Below are positions 24,365 through 31,400 of a DNA stretch of 34,209 nt, one piece after another. Position numbers and translations under genes: made by a program. Position 1 is the first letter of the stretch. Each line of letters opens with the position of its first letter. The notes under the pieces are model-generated. The model made no database searches, was not told the DNA's origin, and was given only the letters and a program-made list of their open reading frames with translations. This DNA is from a virus. Lineage: Duplodnaviria; Caudoviricetes. The stretch is from positions 1 through 34,209 of IMG/VR virus record IMGVR_UViG_3300025769_000422; one strand, written 5' to 3'.

Positions 24365-25412
24365 CAGGCAACTGATACCAGAGCTGTTCGGCGAGAGTAT
24401 CAATACGGACGGCAGCCACGCGGATGTACTGTTAGGTCAGGGCGAGGAAGAGGAACCGCACGCATCAAATACGCAGGCCGGCGGTCTGTACGGCGACGTT
24501 CTGCTCACACCAGACGAGCGTGAGAAGTACGCGCGGCAGATATCACTGTTCAACGAGGAAGACCATCCGCGCGACGATTCCGGGAGATTTACCAGCGGCG
24601 GAGGCCGATCGAAGTCAGCGAAGCCGGTCAAGCCGTTCCACCCATTGAAGGGCGAAGGCGGGAAGCTGCACCCGAAGCGGAAACCGAACAAGGAAGCGTC
24701 TGAATACCACGGAGTCGAAAAGCTGAACTCTCCCGGGAATCTGCCGGCGGTGTTCCTGACTGGGGTGAGCAACAAGAAGACACGCGAGGCGGCGAAGGAT
24801 AGGCCGGGGCTGGGCGTCCTGATCACCCCGAATACTGGGCAGTACGTGAACCACGTGAACGATTACAGCGCGTTCGCAGTGGACAACGGTTGTTACTCCG
24901 AGCACACCGGCAAATGCGAATTTAAGCCGGCGGAGTTCCGGAAGCTGCTGAAGGATCTGAAGCCGGAAGCACACAAGGCGATGTTTGTGACTGCTCCGGA
25001 TGTTGTGGGCGACTGGGAAGCGACGAGGAAACGGAGCGAGCCGTGGCTGGGTGAGATTCGCGAGGCGGGTTTTCCGGTAGCCTGGGTGGCTCAGAACGGC
25101 ATCGAGAACAACCAAGGCGAAATTCCCTGGGACGATTTCGACGTCCTGTTCATCGGCGGAAGCACCGAATGGAAGCGGGGTTTCGATTCCAAGGGCGGCA
25201 CGAACTCCGAGTTCGTCAAGATGCTCAAGGAAGCACACAAGCGAAAGAAACCGGTACACTTTGGTCGCATCAACAGCTGGAAATCGCTCGACACGGTGGG
25301 CTACGGCCTGGGAGCCTCGAGCGTGGACGGGACGTATCTGGCATTCGGCCCAGAGAAGAACCTACCGAAGCTGCTCGATTGGGTGGATAGCGAGACCGCA
25401 ACGCGATACTAG
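24357..25412 (+). CDS. tRNA-guanine transglycosylase (TGT/DpdA)-like TIM-barrel protein with N-terminal HPR tag
   Basis: 'AVDNGCY', 'PDVVGDWEAT', 'VAQNG', 'FIGGSTEWK', 'HFGRIN' and 'SVDGT' follow the TGT-superfamily motif order. Confidence 0.6.
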   Translation: MTDRQLIPELFGESINTDGSHADVLLGQGEEEEPHASNTQAGGLYGDVLLTPDEREKYARQISLFNEEDHPRDDSGRFTSGGGRSKSAKPVKPFHPLKGEGGKLHPKRKPNKEASEYHGVEKLNSPGNLPAVFLTGVSNKKTREAAKDRPGLGVLITPNTGQYVNHVNDYSAFAVDNGCYSEHTGKCEFKPAEFRKLLKDLKPEAHKAMFVTAPDVVGDWEATRKRSEPWLGEIREAGFPVAWVAQNGIENNQGEIPWDDFDVLFIGGSTEWKRGFDSKGGTNSEFVKMLKEAHKRKKPVHFGRINSWKSLDTVGYGLGASSVDGTYLAFGPEKNLPKLLDWVDSETATRY

Positions 25413-25420
25413 GGCGAAGA

Positions 25421-28400
25421 ATGAACATTCAGCAGATCAACGAAGCGGTTGAACGTGCGGTCTACGAAAAGGTCCACGGGTGGAGTGAGGACGACCATCC
25501 GCGTGCCGATGACGGCAAGTTCACCAGCGGCAGCGGTTCGGTCGAGGGCGGCCAGGCAGAGCCCAAGAATCCGAAGTTCGTCGACCCGGGGCAGTTTGCC
25601 ACGTTCGAGGAATACACCGACTTCCTGTCCGACAAGCTGGGGCGCTCGATATTCGGTGTGTCTGGCGGCAACCGGGCGAAGCTGATGGACAACTGGCACA
25701 AGGCCCAGGCTGAGAAACGCGGCGACGATTACGAGTTGCCGGACTGGATCGCAGACATGTCGGAGAATCATTCCGCCGGCGACGTCAGCGACTGGGCAAA
25801 GGACATGATAGCGAACCGCGGATTCGACGAGACCGAAGTGCGCGGAGCACTCGAGGAATCGAGCGACCTGAAAGTTGATCCAACCAAGCACGACGACCTA
25901 TACAGCCTGGGCCATTACATCGAATCGCTCGACGATGAGGACGAGCGGCCGGTTCAGCGGGAGCTATTCGGCCGTTACCGATCGCTCGAGCACGCCACCC
26001 AGAGCGCCAACCCTGCGCTGCGACTGATGGCAGCGAAGCAGATGCGGTACAGCCTGGTCCATTCAGGCGGACACTGGCGGGATCTGGACCGACTCGATGG
26101 AATCATTGAGGAAGCGGTCGACCACGGGCGTAGAATGGCAACACTGGCCAACAGCGAAGCCGGCCAGGCTGTGCTTGACCACTACCTGGACGAAGCTGTC
26201 GCAGTGATGCACCAGCTGGAGCCAGAGCGGGAGATGTACCGCAAGGTTAAGAGCCGACCAGGCCAGAAAAGCCTGTTCGATGAGGACACTGTCGAACGCC
26301 ATCCAGCCGGCAGCCCCGAGGGCGGCCGATTCGCTCCCAAGGGCAGCGGCAAGAAGGGGAAGAAAGATGCGAAGTCGAGCAGCAAAAAGCGAGTGGGGAA
26401 GAAGACTCGAAAACCACGTACGCGAAAACTTCCCGACGGAGTGGGCGAAGATGAGCGAGGATCAGCGCAACGACTTTTTGACTGGGGTAGTGACTCAGGC
26501 GGAGAACGACGTGGTGCTGATGATTCGGCAGGGGATGCTGCCAGCAGAGGCGAGGGCACAGGCACGGGCGGAGATGTTCCCGAGACCGGAAGAAAGCGAC
26601 GACGAAACACTCTGAACGTCATGAGCTCCACCGATTGGAGCTACAAAGACAACTCCTTCGTTGAGGGCGGCAAGAAGGCCAAGTTTCAGCACAATATCGA
26701 AGCGATCAAGGTTCTGAACCAGATCGAAGCCGAGGGACGCGACCGCGCGACCGTCGATGAGCAGGAAGTGCTGTCTAAGTTCAACGGCTGGGGCCAGTAC
26801 CCGCAGGTATTCGACCCATACCCGCGGCCAGAGTGGAAGGCCGAAGCGGAGCAACTCGAGAGCCTTCTGGGTGAAGCACAATTCAAGCAGGAAGCGAGAG
26901 AGTCCCGCGACAACCGCAAGAGCGCCGGCCGCGCTACGCTCAACAGCCACTTCACCGACCCAGCCGTGGTCGATGCGCACTGGAAAGCTGCCCAGCGGCT
27001 GGGTTTCAAAGGCGGTCGATTCCTCGAGCCGTCCATCGGATCGGGCCACTATGTCGGCCTGATGCCGGAAGAGCTCCGCAAGAATACGGCTGTGACTGGC
27101 GTAGAGCTGGACACGACAACGGCCCGCGTTGCTTCGATGCTGTACCCGTCGGTCAACATTCAGAATCAAGGTTTCGAGAAGTTCAGCGCGCCGGACGGGT
27201 TCTACGATCTGGCTGCTTCCAACGTCCCGTTCGGTGACTACCGACTGAGCGAGCGACGTTACAACCGTCTGCGCCCGTACATCCACGACCACTTCTTTCT
27301 GAAGACGATCGACAAGGTGAAGCCGGGCGGTCTGGTGATGCACGTGACCAGCACGGGCACGATGGACAAGAAGAACGACAAGATCCGCAAGAACATGGCG
27401 AAAAATGCGGATCTAGTCGGCGCCTTTCGGATGCCATCAGGGGCGCACGGGCAATCGGCCGGGACCGCTGTTGTGACCGACATGCTGATCTTCAGGAAGC
27501 GGGACGAACACGGGGCAGCACCGGAGCACAACCCGAAGGAGGTTCTGGACCAGCTGAAACCGGGTTTCACGGGAGTCCTGACCGACAGTCTGGGGCGGGT
27601 GTACCACTTCGTTGACGGTAAGCGGGTTCCGGCTGACTACTGGACCGAGATAGGATCAGTTCCCGACCCAGAGGGCGGCGAAGACATTCCAGTCAACAAA
27701 TACTTCCAGCACAACCCGGACCAGATCCTTGGCCAGATCGGATGGACAGGAACGCTCTACGGCGGTCACGAGATGGGCGTGCAGTCGACTGGTGACCTGA
27801 CCGAGATGCTAGACGCTGCGATCAACCGGTTGCCAGAGAACATCATGAGCGACCGCCAGCCGGAAAATCTGGACGCATACGAACCAGAGGCGCAGCCAGG
27901 TGCAGAAGATGAGCGGGACGGGAACCTCGTAGTCGATGGCGATGAGGTGTTTCAGAAGGTGGGCAACATTCGCGTCAAGGTGGATCTGAACGCAAAGCAG
28001 GCGGCGATCATCAAAGACGCCGCGGACGTCCGTTCTGGCGTGCGTGACCTGATGCGAGCCGACTTGGCTGGCGAAGACGCGGACGAGATGCGGCAAAAGC
28101 TGAGCGTCTCGTACGACATGTTTGTGGACACTCACGGCCCGTTGCACAGTCCGGCCAACTTGCGAGCGATGGCTCAAGATCCAGACCTGCCTGTAATGCT
28201 GGCGCTCGAGGATTGGGACGCGAAGACAAAGACGGCCACCAAGGCGGAGATTTTCGAGAAGCCGACGGTTCGGCCGCACGTGGAGCCGACCACCGCGGAC
28301 AATGTGATTGATGCGTACGGGATCAGTCTCGCACAGCGGGGCAACATCGACCCTGACTACATGGCACAACTGACAGGGCTACGTCTGGAGGATGTCGAGG

Positions 28401-31400
28401 ACGAGATGCGCAAGTCCGGACTGGCGTTTGAAGATCCTTCGGACGGCTGGACCGAACGCGGGTCGTACTTGTCTGGAGACGTTAAGGACAAGCTGGCGAT
28501 TGCTCGAGCAGCGGCAGAAGCCGACGAGCGATACAAGGTGAACGTGGAAGCACTCGAAGCGGTTCAGCCGAAGGACATCGCATACGACGACATCGGCGTG
28601 AGAATGGGGAGCCCGTGGATTCCACCGAGCGACGTTGAGCAGTGGCTCAGCGACACAATTGGCGGACGTCCGGACGTGTTCAAGATCGAGTACAGTCCAG
28701 AGCTGGGCCAGTGGTCTGTCGACATGGCTCGAGGTGAGGCCAACGCATGGTTGCCGCATGACCACAAGCTGGAGGTGGGTGGCTTCAAGTGGAAGCGAGT
28801 AGTTGACGCGGCGCTGAACTCGAAGACGCTGACGGTGTGGGGTGAGGACAGCAAAGGGAACCGATACGTTGACGTCGACGCGACCGATGCGGCCCGCGAA
28901 AAGGTGGCGGAGGTAAAAGAGCAGTTTGCCGAATGGGTCTGGGAAGACTCCGACCGCCGCGAACGACTCGCGCGAGCGTACAACGACGAGTACAACAACA
29001 CGGTCCCGGCCAACTATGACGGCAGCTATCTCGACTTCCCAGGGATGACTCCAGCGTGGAATCTTCGCGAACCGCAGGCCAACTTCGTCGCACAGGTGAT
29101 CAGCCGGGGTAAAGGGTTTTTGGCTCACGAGGTGGGAATCGGCAAGACGGCGGCGATGGTCGCGAGTGCGATGGAGCTGCGCCGGCTGAGGCTGGCAAAC
29201 AAGCCGGCAATCGTGGTCCCGAAAGCCACACTCGATCAGATGGAGCTCGACGCACGGGAGCTCTACCCGGGTGCGAAGATCCTCAGCACGAGCGGCAAGT
29301 TCGGTGCGACGGAACGTAAAGAGTGGATCAGCAAGATGGCGACCGGCGACTGGGACATGGTCATTATGAGCCACGAGCAGATGAAGTATCTGCCGATGGA
29401 GCGTGATACCGAAGCCAGGTTCTTGCAACAGGAGCTCGACGACCTCGACAGTGCGATGGAGTTCCGCAGGGCGCAGGACGGCAAGGGGATGCGTTCCGAC
29501 ACGCGGCAGGTCAAGGCCATGGAAAAGGCCCGAATGAAACTCGAGGCCCGAATCAAGGACGTCACAGAGGGCAAGCGGGACGACGCCTTGACGTTCGAGC
29601 AGAGCGGCATTGACCAGCTGTTCGTCGATGAAGCGCACGCATTCAAAAACCTGCAAGTCAACACAAGTCTGAAGGGGACCAAGGGCATCCCGACCGCGGC
29701 CAGTCAGCGGGCGCTTGACATGTATATGAAGACGCAGTGGATGCTGGACAACCACGACAACCGCGGAGTGGTGTTTGCGTCTGGTACACCGATCAGCAAT
29801 ACAATGGCTGAGGTCTACAACATCCAGCGGTACCTGCAACCGGACGAGCTCGAGAAGCGTGGCTTGAAACACTTCGACAGCTGGGCGAAGGCATTCGGCG
29901 ACAGCGAGACCACGACCGAGCCGAATCTAGCGGGCGAGTACAAAGACGTTACGCGGTTCACCAAGTTCCAGAACGTACCAGAGCTGATGCAGATGCTACA
30001 GCAGGATCTGGACGTGCGGACGGTCGACGCCTTCAACGAATACAAGCGCGGCGGTGACCCCGACGTAGCCGACGCGATCAAGCGACCGAAGCGGATCGAC
30101 TCGGTCTACGTCCAGCCGGCAAACGACACGACGCAGGCGGTGATGGACGAGATCGCCCTGCGGGCTCGCAACATTCCGAAGCGGCCGGGCAAGGGTGACG
30201 ACAACATGGTCAGCCTCACGACGCTCGCGCGGCAGGCTGCTGTTGATCCACGTCTGTACGACCCGAATGCCGAGGACCGTCCAGATTCCAAAGTCAACAC
30301 GATGGTGGCGAACGTGCTGGCCACATACCACAACCCGGAGAAAGCCGGCAAGACACAGCTGATCTTCTCCGACATCGGGGTAAACCCGTCCAATTCAACC
30401 GGGTTCCACCTGTACGGAGACATCATCGACAAGCTGGTGGCTGGTGGCATTCCGCGCGAGGAGATCGCCGACTATAGCAAGTTGACCGACCTGCAAAAAA
30501 AGACGGTCAGCGCGGAGCTGAAGTCTGGCAAGCGCCGCATCGGCATCGGTTCGTCCAAGAAGCTGGGCACAGGAACCAACGTGCAGACGCATCTGGCGGA
30601 GATGCACAACTTAGACGTTCCGTACGTTCCGACCGAGAACACGCAGCGAGACGGCCGCGGCTACCGTCAGGGCAATCTGAACGACGAGGTGAAGATCTGG
30701 CGGTACGTGTCGGAAGGGTCCGCGGATGAAATCAGCTGGGGCATCGTGGGCCGGAAGCAGGGGTTCATCAACCAGACAGTCACTGACAAAGGTTCGGATT
30801 TACAGCGGGAAGTAACTGAGGAAGACGCCGAGTCGTTCACACCGCAGCAGTTGCAAGCGGCCGCGGCTGGAGACACTCGGATCTTGGATCAGGTGACCTA
30901 TAGCCGAAACCTCAAGAAGTTGGAGCGATCAAAGAAACGTCACACGCGAGAGCAGAGGGAGCTGGTTGCTGGTGTCGCAAAAGCACGAGAGCAGGCGGAG
31001 GTACTCAAATCGGAAGCCACCCGGATGGCTGACGACCATGCGGCTGGCGAAGCTCGAGCGGAGCAAAAGTTGCGGATTGAGGGTGCGGCGACTGATGCGA
31101 AAGCGGCCGACCAGCAGAAGCAGATGGACGCGCTACGCGACAAGGCAGATGAGATCTGGGCATCGATTCCCACGTATCGCCGAACGATTCCGCGGTACGC
31201 TGAGTCGGCGCGGATAAGGGTGGGCGAAGTCCGCGGTATGCCTCTGTACCGATTTGCAGGCAACTTCTACCTCGAGGGCGCGAGCGGTCAGCATTACACC
31301 ACGGGTGAGACGACGCGGTCCGTTGACTACGTGGCCCGCAACCTTGGGAAGCGTGCGGACGACAAACGCCAGCAGGCGAAGATGCACGAGGAATCCGCAG

